Shown here: piece after piece, positions 19,835-30,425 of the stretch | Position numbering within the stretch: the stretch's first letter is position 1 | Layout: each line of letters begins with the position of its first letter | Source: a virus | Strand: one strand, 5' to 3' | Virus record (IMG/VR): IMGVR_UViG_3300014208_000032 | Span: 1 to 64,000 of that record | DNA: 64,000 bases | Notes under the pieces: model-generated | Databases searched by the model: none | The model's input: only the letters and a program-made list of their open reading frames with translations | Told to the model about the DNA's origin: nothing | Position numbers and translations under genes: made by a program

Positions 19835-19845
19835 TTCTAATAAAG

Positions 19846-19872
19846 AAAAAGGGAGGCAAATGCCTCCCTTTT
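19846..19872 (-). terminator. Terminator
   Basis: AAAAGGGAGGCA-aa-TGCCTCCCTTTT. Confidence 0.8.
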
Positions 19873-19890
19873 GTTTAATTAAAAATAATA

Positions 19891-21036
19891 TTAACTAATA
19901 TATTCGTTAGAACTTTCGTAAATATTTTTACCAAGAATAATAGAAATTGCTTCTTTTACTTCTTCAACAGGAGTTCCTTCATCTTTTTTGGATGAAAGTT
20001 TAGCAGCAAGTTTATCAAGTTTTGCTTTAATTTTTTCATCTTCAACTTTTCCAGAAAGAGTAGTAAGTTCATCTGCAATTTTCTGTAATTCATCGGGCGT
20101 AAGTGTTGGGGCTGGTTCTTCGGCAGTTTCACCATCTGTTGGAGCTTCAGTTTCAGCGGCATCTTCCTCAGCTTCGGTAATATAATCAGGTTTAACTGAA
20201 TTAAATTCACCTTCTTTAAGAAGTTTTTCAACTTTTGTGGAAATAATATTCATACTGTCTCGAAGATCTTTATTCATAAGAACTGCTTTCCCAAGAACAA
20301 TTTTTCTTTCTGCTTTATCGAGAGAAAAAAGAGCAGGAAAAGATTCGAACAAATCAATGAAGTAAGAATCATCTTTATTTTCAACAAGTTCTTTACTTGC
20401 TTCTGCAAGAGCTTTCTTAAAGTCATCTTGTTTCCAAAGATTTTTTGCCTTATCTTTATTAGAAGATCCAACAGTTTTTTTAGATTCGGTAGGAATTAAA
20501 GAAACAGATACATCTTCATTAAAAGAAAAGAACTTAATTTTATTAAGTGGTTTGGTTGCAATTCTAGTAGCGTATTTCTGCACAAATCCCTCGTTAATAA
20601 TATCACTTCTTTTTACTTCGTTTAGTGAAGCATAATCAGATGTTTCTTCAAAAGATTTTCTTGACATAGCATCGTGAATGGTTTCAGTGATATACCTATC
20701 TTTTGAAAGAATGTTTTTCTTATAAGAAGAAAGAACATCTTCTAAAATACCTGTATCAAAAAAATCTTTTACACTTTCTTTAAGAGAGGTTGTCTCATCG
20801 ACAATTGCCAACTCTTCAAAGTTTTTGAAAGAAACAGTATAGTTTTTTCTATTTATTTCCCATTTTGCAACAAAAAACTTTCCAGTTGTATGTTCAAAAA
20901 GGTTTACAGCATCCTCAAAAACAGAAACAAGCGCAGCATTTGCACTTTCGTTCACGATATTCCCAATAATTTTTTGAACATTTTCGTTATTGAAAACGTT
21001 AGCATTCTCAAACTGAGCGGCTGTCATTATTTTCAT
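19891..21036 (-). CDS. Putative prohead core/internal protein
   Basis: Between portal and protease; strong RBS AAGGAG; acidic linker following 'YITE'. Confidence 0.45.
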   Translation of the reverse strand: MKIMTAAQFENANVFNNENVQKIIGNIVNESANAALVSVFEDAVNLFEHTTGKFFVAKWEINRKNYTVSFKNFEELAIVDETTSLKESVKDFFDTGILEDVLSSYKKNILSKDRYITETIHDAMSRKSFEETSDYASLNEVKRSDIINEGFVQKYATRIATKPLNKIKFFSFNEDVSVSLIPTESKKTVGSSNKDKAKNLWKQDDFKKALAEASKELVENKDDSYFIDLFESFPALFSLDKAERKIVLGKAVLMNKDLRDSMNIISTKVEKLLKEGEFNSVKPDYITEAEEDAAETEAPTDGETAEEPAPTLTPDELQKIADELTTLSGKVEDEKIKAKLDKLAAKLSSKKDEGTPVEEVKEAISIILGKNIYESSNEYIS

Positions 21037-21064
21037 TATTTAATCTCCTTAGAATTTTCTAATA

Positions 21065-21505
21065 TTAACTTTGTCGGTTGTCAATTTTTACAATTTTATG
21101 AACACCTTTAAAAAGCCTTTTCACATTTCCTTCCACTAAATCATTCAATGTTAAATGAACTTCTATGTCTTTATAAAATTTATCTTTGATTTCATCTTCA
21201 AAAGAAAGGTTTTCACAAACTATTTTTTCACCACTTATGCTTTTAATTCTAAGAATGTCCCCTCTCTTCTTTTCTTTATAAAAATCATAGATAGGGCTAT
21301 TTTCTGTTAGTGCTCGTTTTTTATCTTTTTTTGAAAGAGCTAGGGGTTTTGTTAATTCTTTATTTTTTATTAGAATGTTCTTTTCTTCTCTCGGCGTATT
21401 TGCTGTTGGATAAATACTCCGTATTGTTTCGAGAAATTGTCCTTCTTTTAAATCAAGTATTTCCTCTTTGATTTCTTCCAATAAAGAAATTAAACTATTA
21501 TTCAT
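21065..21505 (-). CDS. Hypothetical protein
   Basis: ORF overlapping the portal stop. Confidence 0.6.
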   Translation of the reverse strand: MNNSLISLLEEIKEEILDLKEGQFLETIRSIYPTANTPREEKNILIKNKELTKPLALSKKDKKRALTENSPIYDFYKEKKRGDILRIKSISGEKIVCENLSFEDEIKDKFYKDIEVHLTLNDLVEGNVKRLFKGVHKIVKIDNRQS

Positions 21506-23510
21506 CCTTTAAATATTCCTTTTTATGCAGTGGTATTCTACTTTCTTCTAAAATTCCATTTCCTTCATTGTCTTTCGTTGGTTTATAAATTAACATATCT
21601 CTTTCTTTAAAAGAAAGTCCACCAAACTCACCAAGCAAAATCATCCGGCGAACAGAGTTTTCAAGAAGTTTTTTACCATATTTCTTTTCCATCTTTTTAT
21701 TTATGTCTTCAACTAAATTTTCTAGTATGGCTTCTGATGGTTCTTCATTTCTTTTTCTTAAATCTTTCATAAAGTATAAGAAATCTTCCTTGTTTTCTGT
21801 TAAGAATTTTTTACCATACATTTGTCTAAAAATATCAACAGATGCTAAAATTGGTTCTGTTGATGGAATTGGAGTCATTTCTCCGCCCATTGGGGTTGCA
21901 CCACCCATTTCGGTTCCTGTTGGGGGCACGCCAGGTTCTCCACCCATTGGAACTTCTCCGCCCAATCCAGCACCACCTAATCCCATATCTCCACCCAGCC
22001 CCATATCTCCACCAGCAATTCCGGCAGTTCCATCTGCGTTTACTGCACCAGATTGTAATTTCATTTGGAAACCAAGGTCAGATATCTCTCTATCAGACAT
22101 CTTAAGAATTTTTTTAAGAATCCAAGCATCGGGAAATAACCCAAGTTGTTTGATTGTAGAGACAAGATTAATTTTTTGATTAAAAATATCAACTTCTGCA
22201 ATCTCTTTAACGGATGATGGTGGAGTTAGTTCAACAGTAAAATTGGAAAGATCTTCTTTCTTAAATCCTTTTAGCCACAACTCAATAGCAAGCATTTTAT
22301 TAAGAGTTTTAACTATTTGTTTTTGAATACGCTCAATGTATCGAGCAAACTTTTGATCCATTTGAGAAAGAGATTGTGTTCTATTAGCTTCTTCTCCCAA
22401 ATACTCCAATGGAATATTCATTGTTCTCAAAATCTTCTTTACAAAATAATTAATATCATCCATATTTTGAAACGCAGTTCCGCCTTGCAAGGTTTCAATT
22501 CTTGTTCCAGACCCACCTTCTCTTTGTGGAACGAAAATGTCTTTAAACAAAGAAAGACCACCAATCTGTTTTGTAATATCTCCGTTTAGGTCGATAACGT
22601 TTTCGGAGCGGTAATTATCCTTCATTTGGTTTAGAAATCTTCTTGCTTCAGACGGACTAAGGTTTCCCACATCAACATAGAACACTCTTTTTTCTGGTGA
22701 TCTTGATAAGCGATAGGTAACCATCAAATCTTCTAATAATTCCAATCTTCTGTATGTTTTAATACCGGGTTTCAACAAAGAAGAGCCGTATGGTTTGTTT
22801 TCAGAATCTTCTGCTACTTTAAAATGTGCAACCTGCCAAGGAAACAATTTATAAATCATTTTGTCTTTTTCTTTACTAATGTAATCAAAGACACCTGTTT
22901 TAAAGTTATTTCTTTGTTTTTCGTCTAAATCTACTGTATAACGAAACATAAGAAGTTTAGAATCAATTTCAATCCTTTCTGTTCTTTCTTGTTCTAAAAA
23001 TCGAATTTGAACAATTTCTTTGGGATCTTTAAAACTATTAGGAATAATCTCATAAAATCCATCACCAAATTTTGCGGTGTTAAAAATAATATTCCACAAT
23101 TCAGAATTGAGATCTAATTTCTTAATAAACAGTTCTTCTCCAATTTTTCTAATATCTTCGTTGGGAGAAAAAACACGAACAACGTTTCCATCATCATTTT
23201 GTTGTGTACTGTCATCAGCGATAATCTCAAGGCTTCTATTAATATACTCGCTATTTCCCATGCTTCTATAAACAGAATAACTTCCACGTCTATCATTTAA
23301 TGAACGCATTCCTTGAACACTAGCATCATCAAAAAACATAGACATATTGGCAGGATCATCTTCATCCCTCATTAAATCTTGTCTTAGTTTAGAAATATCT
23401 AATTCTGTTTTAGCATCAACAGGCATTGATTTGTTTTGATCAATGTCTTTCTGAATAATATGTTGTTTTTTAATGTCATAAAAAACTTCTCTACCATTAA
23501 TCATCGGCAT
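21498..23510 (-). CDS. Portal protein (T4 gp20-like)
   Basis: 'YRLSRSPEKRVFYVDVGNL', 'DIFVPQREGGSGTRIETLQGG', 'DDINYF', 'KFARYIERIQ'. Confidence 0.95.
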   Translation of the reverse strand: MPMINGREVFYDIKKQHIIQKDIDQNKSMPVDAKTELDISKLRQDLMRDEDDPANMSMFFDDASVQGMRSLNDRRGSYSVYRSMGNSEYINRSLEIIADDSTQQNDDGNVVRVFSPNEDIRKIGEELFIKKLDLNSELWNIIFNTAKFGDGFYEIIPNSFKDPKEIVQIRFLEQERTERIEIDSKLLMFRYTVDLDEKQRNNFKTGVFDYISKEKDKMIYKLFPWQVAHFKVAEDSENKPYGSSLLKPGIKTYRRLELLEDLMVTYRLSRSPEKRVFYVDVGNLSPSEARRFLNQMKDNYRSENVIDLNGDITKQIGGLSLFKDIFVPQREGGSGTRIETLQGGTAFQNMDDINYFVKKILRTMNIPLEYLGEEANRTQSLSQMDQKFARYIERIQKQIVKTLNKMLAIELWLKGFKKEDLSNFTVELTPPSSVKEIAEVDIFNQKINLVSTIKQLGLFPDAWILKKILKMSDREISDLGFQMKLQSGAVNADGTAGIAGGDMGLGGDMGLGGAGLGGEVPMGGEPGVPPTGTEMGGATPMGGEMTPIPSTEPILASVDIFRQMYGKKFLTENKEDFLYFMKDLRKRNEEPSEAILENLVEDINKKMEKKYGKKLLENSVRRMILLGEFGGLSFKERDMLIYKPTKDNEGNGILEESRIPLHKKEYLKDE

Positions 23511-23512
23511 AA

Positions 23513-24136
23513 TTAATACCCCAACTTTTTATCTAATTTTTTATAATAATCTTTATTAACGCTTTTACCGATTGCTTTTTTATGATCTCTTTCTGTGCTA
23601 CCAGTAAATTCCTTAAATCTTTTGTCTTGTTTTAGTTTTCTTTCGTGTTTATAAATAGAGGAATCTTTGTTTTTACCATTAATGTCGTTAATGTGTTTGT
23701 CAACTCTTTTTGAAAATTGCGCTTTTTTACCTTCGGTAGTATTATCTTCGACAGGAGTTTCTTCTTTGTTAATCAATTTTTCTTTATTATCTTCATTTCC
23801 ATCTTGGGTAGAAGTTTCGTCTTCTGGGGTTTCTTTGTTTTGTGTGATAGGTGTTGTTGCACTTTTTGTTGGTATTGTTGAAGATTTATTTGATCTAAAT
23901 TTTGCTAATATTTTTTCATCCGATCCTTCTTTTGTTGGATCAGGACTGATTTGTATTTTTGTTACTCTTTTTGAGGTTGCTAAAGTAGGAGGTGCCCCTG
24001 GAGTTAAAGGTACTACAGGCACAACAGAAGCGTCTTGTTGTTGTGTAGGATCAATTTGTTGATTTTTATCTACGGGAATATTTTCTGCTTCTGTGAAAAA
24101 TGATAAAATCTTTTTAATACTTTTAGTGTAATACAT
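23513..24136 (-). CDS. Hypothetical low-complexity protein
   Basis: ORF between terminase and portal; 'FFTE/A' possible protease site. Confidence 0.55.
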   Translation of the reverse strand: MYYTKSIKKILSFFTEAENIPVDKNQQIDPTQQQDASVVPVVPLTPGAPPTLATSKRVTKIQISPDPTKEGSDEKILAKFRSNKSSTIPTKSATTPITQNKETPEDETSTQDGNEDNKEKLINKEETPVEDNTTEGKKAQFSKRVDKHINDINGKNKDSSIYKHERKLKQDKRFKEFTGSTERDHKKAIGKSVNKDYYKKLDKKLGY

Positions 24137-24145
24137 TTAAACCTC

Positions 24146-26041
24146 TTAGTTGATTAGCCAATTATATATTTTAATTTCTTCAGAATTGGCATCCCCACCA
24201 TCCCATTCATCAGAAACAAATCCATAAGCTTTAGAGAAATTATCTTCTTCTCCATCATTTATATTATCTTTCTTAAATGTAAACATCTTACCACTTTCTG
24301 AAATTAAGAAACTTTCTCCACCGTTAGTTGCCCTATCTCTTAAATAAAGACAAAAAGCAAGAGCCATCAACAAGTCATCATGTGCTGATGATGATGCATG
24401 AGTTGGTTTTCCTTTTTCGTTATAAATCCAAGTTGTCATTTCAAGATAAAGTCTTTTGCTATAAATTTTTAATTGAGAAAAAAGATCATCTACTGTTAAC
24501 CAATCAATAAGATTATTTGTAATTAGTTTTCTTGATTTTTCTGTTGTGGTCCATCCAGTAGCAATTTGCTCGCCTTTTTTGTTTGTTTTAAATTCTTTAT
24601 ACATATTATTATAGGATTCATTTTCATCATAATAAAGTTTAGTAAAAACAGCTTCACCAACTCCATTACTTTCAATGATTAAATATGCTTGATTATAATA
24701 ATTTGCTAACATATAAATTAATCTAGCAAATGCTGGAGTAGATAATAAATTTTGATATTCACAAACTTGCTCATATTCTTCTACATCAAATATTTGAAAT
24801 GTAGAATAATCAGCAGAAGTTCCTTTTGCTATGTCGCAACTAATCGCATATCTTTTCCCTGGTTTTGGCTCTTTCCAGATCCAAAGTCCATCAATTTCCA
24901 TTGTTTTAAATTTATTTTTAATTATTGGTTCTCTAATTCGACTTTCAATTTTAGCAAGAACATCTTTATTAAAAACCATATTTCCAGAGACAATGAATTC
25001 GTGAAGAATTTCTTGGCGATAAGATTGTTCGTTACTATCTTCATATTGTCTTCTTAACCAAGGGTTTTCGTAATATTTTTCTTTAGCAAGAGGCATAAAA
25101 AAATTATTATATTTTGATTTTATAGGTTCGTTGTGATAATAATTTTCTTTAATTGCTTTTTCAAGAATTTCATTATATCCTTTTTTTGGTCCAGCGATCT
25201 CTGGATCATCAGGAATTTCCCACCAATCAATTGTAATTAATTTTGTGTGTTTATCTTTTGATATTTGAGCATTTACAACTTGTTCATAATAATATTGACC
25301 AGCACCTGATGTTCCGGATGGTGTTGAAATTACCAACAATTGACCACCAGTTTTTGTAAGTGCTGGTCCAGAGGATGATACAATTTTTCTGACCATTCTG
25401 TCAGATTGATAGTGAGCTACTTCGTCCATAATAAGAAGAGAAATAGAATCACCTCGTCCAGCATTTTCTGATTGGGATTCTGATCTGATTGTTGAGAGAG
25501 TTCCTGATGGATGTTGTAAAACTATTTTTTCAGTATTTTGTGCTAAAACTTTTTTCTTTAAAAAATCTGGCATCCTAATCATTGTTGTATTAAACCTGCC
25601 AACAAATCCCTGGGCAGCAATTTGTGTTTTAGAAATAATAGATATGTATTCTCCCTCATAAAAATTGCATTTCCAGAAAGCATAATTTGAAGTTAAAGTA
25701 GAAAAGCCTGCTTGGCGAGTTTTAAATGCTACAACCTTTAGATATTTTTGGATCTCTCTTGCTAATTCTTTTTGAAAATAATATGGTTTAAATGGTTCTG
25801 ACCCTTTCCCTGGAATATCCACCCAAGCATAACTGGTCATAAAATAAAGAAACGATTTTTTACAAAGAAAATGTTCTATTCCAGCATCAACAATTTCTGT
25901 TGATAAATCATTATAAGTTGTTTCAACAAAATTCCCTGTCGAATTTAACAGGGCCTCTTTTGTTGTTGTTGAAATAGAATATTTTTTTATTTTACTATCT
26001 ATGGACGTGAGAAATTTCTGTTCTTTTTCGTTGAGTATCAT
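24146..26041 (-). CDS. Terminase large subunit (gp17-like)
   Basis: 'KTRQAGFST', Walker B 'LLIMDEVAH', 'ISTPSG', nuclease 'CDIAKG..DYS', 'IESN', 'HDDLLMA'. Confidence 0.95.
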   Translation of the reverse strand: MILNEKEQKFLTSIDSKIKKYSISTTTKEALLNSTGNFVETTYNDLSTEIVDAGIEHFLCKKSFLYFMTSYAWVDIPGKGSEPFKPYYFQKELAREIQKYLKVVAFKTRQAGFSTLTSNYAFWKCNFYEGEYISIISKTQIAAQGFVGRFNTTMIRMPDFLKKKVLAQNTEKIVLQHPSGTLSTIRSESQSENAGRGDSISLLIMDEVAHYQSDRMVRKIVSSSGPALTKTGGQLLVISTPSGTSGAGQYYYEQVVNAQISKDKHTKLITIDWWEIPDDPEIAGPKKGYNEILEKAIKENYYHNEPIKSKYNNFFMPLAKEKYYENPWLRRQYEDSNEQSYRQEILHEFIVSGNMVFNKDVLAKIESRIREPIIKNKFKTMEIDGLWIWKEPKPGKRYAISCDIAKGTSADYSTFQIFDVEEYEQVCEYQNLLSTPAFARLIYMLANYYNQAYLIIESNGVGEAVFTKLYYDENESYNNMYKEFKTNKKGEQIATGWTTTEKSRKLITNNLIDWLTVDDLFSQLKIYSKRLYLEMTTWIYNEKGKPTHASSSAHDDLLMALAFCLYLRDRATNGGESFLISESGKMFTFKKDNINDGEEDNFSKAYGFVSDEWDGGDANSEEIKIYNWLIN

Positions 26042-26065
26042 TTAAATATGTATGATACGAAAATA

Positions 26066-26353
26066 TTATCTTCTATGTTTAAAAAGTTCAAGTTGAGATA
26101 ATCTGTGATGTGCAACTGCCTCTGGGGAAAGTTTTTTGTCACCTTTTTCTTTTCTGATTTTATTAACATATTGTGTGTCAATATAACCTTTTATTTTTCC
26201 CTTCTCATCTTTTATTATAAGATAAAGAATTCCGCCTTCACTTTCTCCTTGTCTTTCTTTCCAGTCATCTTTTTCTTTAGAAGTTGGTTTAACAATTTCT
26301 TCATTAAGAACCTCTTCTTTTAGCAATTCATTTACCCTGTCTTTAAAATTCAT
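26066..26353 (-). CDS. Hypothetical protein (tagged N-terminus ...VLNE)
   Basis: ATGA coupling, RBS GGAG. Confidence 0.55.
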   Translation of the reverse strand: MNFKDRVNELLKEEVLNEEIVKPTSKEKDDWKERQGESEGGILYLIIKDEKGKIKGYIDTQYVNKIRKEKGDKKLSPEAVAHHRLSQLELFKHRR

Positions 26354-27363
26354 TTCCTGTTCTCCTTTAATATTGTTAAAAATCCAAATTTCTCTGGTAT
26401 TAAATCTGCTTCTGTATAACTCTTACCTTTATCTCTGAAATTAATCTTTATCTTTTGATTGGCATCTCTTATTTTAGACATAAATTCTCCAACATATCTA
26501 TTCCAATTTCTAAGATTTTCTTTTGTGTTAATATTTGATTTAGAAATTCCTGGGTGGTGCTTTTCTGCAAATCTCTTTAAAAAATCTTGGCTATTAACCA
26601 TTTTTGAAAAAGAAACTCTATTTAATTTATTTTCCATTAGATCACTCACGATATTTTGAATATTAGCATTTTGTTCTGCTGGTTCTAAAAAATAATTATT
26701 AGAATTTGTTTCTATGTTTTTGTTTTTATAAAGTCCCGTATTATGTTTTAAATTATCTTTTCCAATATAGGATGTTTTTTTTATTCTGGAATAATCTAAC
26801 ATATGAACCAATTCGTGTTTTAATATACGCCTGATTTCTGTTTTTTCTTTTTCTTTGTGAATATATAATATATTATTTTTTATGTTTATTTTTATAAAAC
26901 TTTTTGTATCATCAACGGATGGTAAAATGACGCTCATATCTTTTTGATATGTTTCCTTAGAAGAAACTGTTGCGTAATTATAGGGTTCTTTGTTTTCTAT
27001 TTTTCTATCATCGAGTTCTCCATAAATATTAATATATGGTTTAAATATGACGTAGAATTTTTTTTTCTTAAACTCTTCTATATCATCTTTAGTTTTAAAG
27101 TTATTATCTTTTATAAAAGTATTCAAGAGAATCAAAATTTTGTCTGTAATATCTATTGTTTTTATTTTATTTCCAATTGAGTTTTTTATTGTTTTTTCAA
27201 GATTTACTTTATAAGATTTATTTTTTTTTGGATCGAACAAAGTTGGTATAAAATTAAAGTCAGTTATATTATTTTTTAGCCAATCTAAATACTCATTTAG
27301 AATATATCTTGATAAAGATGTTGTTTCATAAACTGCTTCAAACAAATAAGTAAAATCTTTCAT
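26350..27363 (-). CDS. Putative zincin-like metallopeptidase (HExxH)
   Basis: 'ILKHELVHMLD' plus downstream 'YFLEPAEQNA'; N-terminus MKDFTYLFE. Confidence 0.55.
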   Translation of the reverse strand: MKDFTYLFEAVYETTSLSRYILNEYLDWLKNNITDFNFIPTLFDPKKNKSYKVNLEKTIKNSIGNKIKTIDITDKILILLNTFIKDNNFKTKDDIEEFKKKKFYVIFKPYINIYGELDDRKIENKEPYNYATVSSKETYQKDMSVILPSVDDTKSFIKINIKNNILYIHKEKEKTEIRRILKHELVHMLDYSRIKKTSYIGKDNLKHNTGLYKNKNIETNSNNYFLEPAEQNANIQNIVSDLMENKLNRVSFSKMVNSQDFLKRFAEKHHPGISKSNINTKENLRNWNRYVGEFMSKIRDANQKIKINFRDKGKSYTEADLIPEKFGFLTILKENRK

Positions 27364-27377
27364 AAAATTAACTTAGC

Positions 27378-27412
27378 AAAAAAAAGAACTTGTAAGTTTT
27401 CCTTACAAGTTC
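27378..27412 (-). terminator. Terminator
   Basis: GAACTTGTAAG-ttttc-CTTACAAGTTC with T-tract. Confidence 0.75.
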
Positions 27413-27456
27413 AAAAGTACCTCGATGATACTGCTACCGCTTTGGAATTTTTTTAT

Positions 27457-27894
27457 TTAATCTTCGTCATCTTCGTTGTCAAATTTATCAAAAGTGTCAT
27501 CCACTTCATCATCACCAATATCAATACTCCCACCAAATGGACTACGAACTTTGTTCGGTTTTCTATTTTCTTCTAACCCAAATTTTTCACGAATCAATTC
27601 TTCAACAGAAGACAGTTGTTCTAATGCTTTTTTACCAAGAGATCTTCTAATTATTTTTTTCTCTTCGTATTCTTGTTCTTTTTTTCTTACATCAACGATT
27701 GGCAAAGAATAACCATTTCCAAAATTTGTTTCTGAAAATCTTGACGCAATTGAATCAAGCTCTCTTCTTAAATTAACAAAAGCATTAAGGAGATTTGCAT
27801 CAGTTTCCAATTTATCCGTAATTATTTTGTGCTCTTCTGAATTTTCATTAAGGGATGCTCTTAAATTATATAGAATTTGACTTTTAATACTCAT
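27457..27894 (-). CDS. Hypothetical protein
   Basis: ORF in a tightly packed operon; N-terminus ends 'SLNE'. Confidence 0.6.
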   Translation of the reverse strand: MSIKSQILYNLRASLNENSEEHKIITDKLETDANLLNAFVNLRRELDSIASRFSETNFGNGYSLPIVDVRKKEQEYEEKKIIRRSLGKKALEQLSSVEELIREKFGLEENRKPNKVRSPFGGSIDIGDDEVDDTFDKFDNEDDED

Positions 27895-27895
27895 A

Positions 27896-28219
27896 TTACC
27901 TTCTTGTTAATTTTCTTTTATTTACGTCATAAGAATACTCTATGCCGTTGTCATCAGTTAATGACACAATAGAACCAACTTTACTTCTTGAATTAGCAAT
28001 ATCATCTGGAGTTAATGGCTTTACAAAACTTTTAGTTAAATTACTATCAATAATGGCTGTTCTTATTTCTTTAATAACTTTAAGCCAGCTTGGTTGTCCA
28101 ACAAGAGCTTGTTGTCCAGCAGGAGTTTTAGTGCTTAAACCATTAAATTTAACAATATCCAAGTTGGCTCCGGCCAATTCTGTTCCGTCGTTTTCTTTAA
28201 TTAAATCAAAAAATTTCAT
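27896..28219 (-). CDS. Hypothetical protein (MKFFDLIKE tag)
   Basis: ORF with upstream AAGTTAAT at 28234-28241. Confidence 0.6.
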   Translation of the reverse strand: MKFFDLIKENDGTELAGANLDIVKFNGLSTKTPAGQQALVGQPSWLKVIKEIRTAIIDSNLTKSFVKPLTPDDIANSRSKVGSIVSLTDDNGIEYSYDVNKRKLTRR

Positions 28220-28234
28220 ATTAACCTTCTTAAA

Positions 28235-28657
28235 TTAACTTTGCGGATCATTGCTAATGTGATTAAATACATTTTGTAAATCTATTCCAGCTTTTCTCTC
28301 GGACACCACGTTGATCATAACACCGTTGGCAGTTTTTGTTGCTTCGTTTTTCTTTGCTTTAATTTTAAGAAGTTCTATAATATTTTTACTTGCTTCTATT
28401 TTTAATTCAAGTGCCCGCATAACAGCTTCTTTAGAAGCTTGACTGTGATCTCTTCCAATAGCCAAATCTCCATAGAATAAAGAAAATAGTTGATCTGCTT
28501 TTTCTCTATCTTTATTTACCATATCAACAAGGTGTTCACTAACACTTTCTTCGTCATTGGCATCCACTTTGATAATTTCTTGATTGTTTTTTGTTTCTAA
28601 ACTTCTTACTTCAATAGAAGCTAAATCTAAAATTTTATCTAATTCTGTATCCTTCAT
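28235..28657 (-). CDS. Possible terminase small subunit (gp16-like)
   Basis: Size, helical central oligomerisation-like region, C-terminal beta 'MINVVS'; near terL. Confidence 0.4.
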   Translation of the reverse strand: MKDTELDKILDLASIEVRSLETKNNQEIIKVDANDEESVSEHLVDMVNKDREKADQLFSLFYGDLAIGRDHSQASKEAVMRALELKIEASKNIIELLKIKAKKNEATKTANGVMINVVSERKAGIDLQNVFNHISNDPQS

Positions 28658-28661
28658 ATAA

Positions 28662-28865
28662 TTAACTTTTCAATTGGTCTATATACCAATATCTTTGACA
28701 TTCATTACAAAATGTTTTGTTTTTAACATCTCTAAAATCCCTATTTTCTAAAACAGGGATATCTTGGATTGATGTTTCGGCAAGATTTAGGGACCCACAA
28801 GGGCATCTCTTTTTTTTTGCATAGTAGCGAAATTTTATATCTTTTTGTTGTTGTTCAGACAGCAT
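28662..28865 (-). CDS. Zinc-ribbon protein
   Basis: CPCGS...CNEC. Confidence 0.6.
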   Translation of the reverse strand: MLSEQQQKDIKFRYYAKKKRCPCGSLNLAETSIQDIPVLENRDFRDVKNKTFCNECQRYWYIDQLKS

Positions 28866-28866
28866 T

Positions 28867-29535
28867 CTATTCCTCTGTAATTGATATCAAACTAAATAAA
28901 TCATTTCTATATGGGATTATATCCGCCATAAAAACTTTTATTTCTTTTGCTTTAAATCCAAACGACTTCACAAAATTAAACATATCAGTTCTTGAAATGA
29001 ATTTTTTATTTTTACGAATATATTCTGCCATTAACCCAGAGATTTGTAGATAATCTCTTCTTTTTTGTTTTAAAAAGTTTTCATTAATAATACCAATGAA
29101 AGTTCTTTCAAAATCATCAGCAAAATTATCAATATTATTTGTTGGTTTTGCAATTAACTCAATCTGCATATCAACATCAGCATGCCCTCTGTGTTTTTTT
29201 CTTCTATCTGTATAATTTAGCAAGCTTCTTTTAACTATCCAAGAAAAATAATTAAATGCTGTTCCTTTTTCAATATCAAATTTTAAATAATTTGTATAAC
29301 AAGCGTGAATTCCGTGTTGAACACAATCTTCATAAGGTTCAAAAATATAATAGCGATAAAGTTGAATAATTGCTTTTACAATTTTCATTATTTCGTCTGT
29401 AATTTTGTTCTCAAGTTTGTCATCTTTGGATATAATCTTTATTTTGTTTTTTTCACCTAGTATATACTGTGTTGTAGTTTGATATTCTTTTATTAGACCA
29501 CGAACATAATCTTCATCGAAATAATTTTTAGCCAT
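28867..29535 (-). CDS. Late transcription sigma factor (T4 gp55-like)
   Basis: 'KNYF' N-terminus; region-2-like 'EDCVQHGIHACY..YLKFDIEKGTAFNYFSWIVKRSL'. Confidence 0.7.
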   Translation of the reverse strand: MAKNYFDEDYVRGLIKEYQTTTQYILGEKNKIKIISKDDKLENKITDEIMKIVKAIIQLYRYYIFEPYEDCVQHGIHACYTNYLKFDIEKGTAFNYFSWIVKRSLLNYTDRRKKHRGHADVDMQIELIAKPTNNIDNFADDFERTFIGIINENFLKQKRRDYLQISGLMAEYIRKNKKFISRTDMFNFVKSFGFKAKEIKVFMADIIPYRNDLFSLISITEE

Positions 29536-30191
29536 TACTCGTCCTTTTTCATTACAATTATATAGTCATTAATTGTGTCGGGATTAAATTGATCGGGAAG
29601 GTTTGAGCCATCTTTTCTCATAAGTAAAGACATATTGTCTGAACCAGATAATTTATTAATTTTAAACCCAATTGATTCATCTACTTTTGAACCATAATCA
29701 ATCGTGCAAAGGATTTTATCTTCTGTTTTCAAGAAGTCAGAAATTTTCTGTCTTTCTGGGGAAAGAACGATTTTAAATATTGCAACAACTTCTTCTGGAA
29801 ATGATTTCCCGCCATTACTATTTGGTTTGTTAGAAATGGAAGAAAGTAGATCATCTAGTGAATGAATATTTTCGCTCTCATCTTTTGAAAAAGAAATAAT
29901 CCCTTTCTCTTTAAAAGAGAAACTCTCATCCTCAAGAATTAGTTTTCTTTTTCCTTTTCTTTTTACACTTTCGGTTTTTAATACAGGTTGTGGAGTTGGT
30001 AATGCTGGAGTAGATGTATTTTCTACTTCAACTTTATCATTTTTTTCTTCGTCAGAAGCAATATCTGTTCCAGTTCTAAGAATTTGACAAGAAACATCGT
30101 AAAAACATTTAAATCCGTCTTCTTTGTTTTTCTTTTGTGCTACAATTTCATCTTCAAATAATTCTTTAACTATATTGAGTATTTTAGACAT
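29535..30191 (-). CDS. Hypothetical protein
   Basis: TAATG coupling. Confidence 0.6.
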   Translation of the reverse strand: MSKILNIVKELFEDEIVAQKKNKEDGFKCFYDVSCQILRTGTDIASDEEKNDKVEVENTSTPALPTPQPVLKTESVKRKGKRKLILEDESFSFKEKGIISFSKDESENIHSLDDLLSSISNKPNSNGGKSFPEEVVAIFKIVLSPERQKISDFLKTEDKILCTIDYGSKVDESIGFKINKLSGSDNMSLLMRKDGSNLPDQFNPDTINDYIIVMKKDE

Positions 30192-30397
30192 TATATTTCT
30201 CCCTTAAAAATCTCAACTAAATCAGAACTACTGTTTATAAAAAGAATAAATTCTTTTACTGAGTCAAAAACAAAGCCAGTTGTTGCAGGGTTTGCTTTTT
30301 CAAAAATCTCAACACCATCACCCGTAAAGTCAATTTGAATTTCTTTTCCATTAATTGGAAATTCATATAAACTTTCTGTTATCTTTTTTAATTGCAT
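30191..30397 (-). CDS. Hypothetical protein
   Basis: RBS GGAG; coupled. Confidence 0.55.
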   Translation of the reverse strand: MQLKKITESLYEFPINGKEIQIDFTGDGVEIFEKANPATTGFVFDSVKEFILFINSSSDLVEIFKGEI

Positions 30398-30425
30398 ACA
30401 TTCTCCATTACATTTATTTATGACA

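Noticed and set aside
21880-22040. GC-rich Gly/Met/Pro stretch in the portal gene as a foreign insertion
   Set aside because: A low-complexity C-terminal linker is common in gp20-like portals
24146-26041. Intein or intron in the terminase
   Set aside because: Motifs are contiguous; no splice-junction signatures
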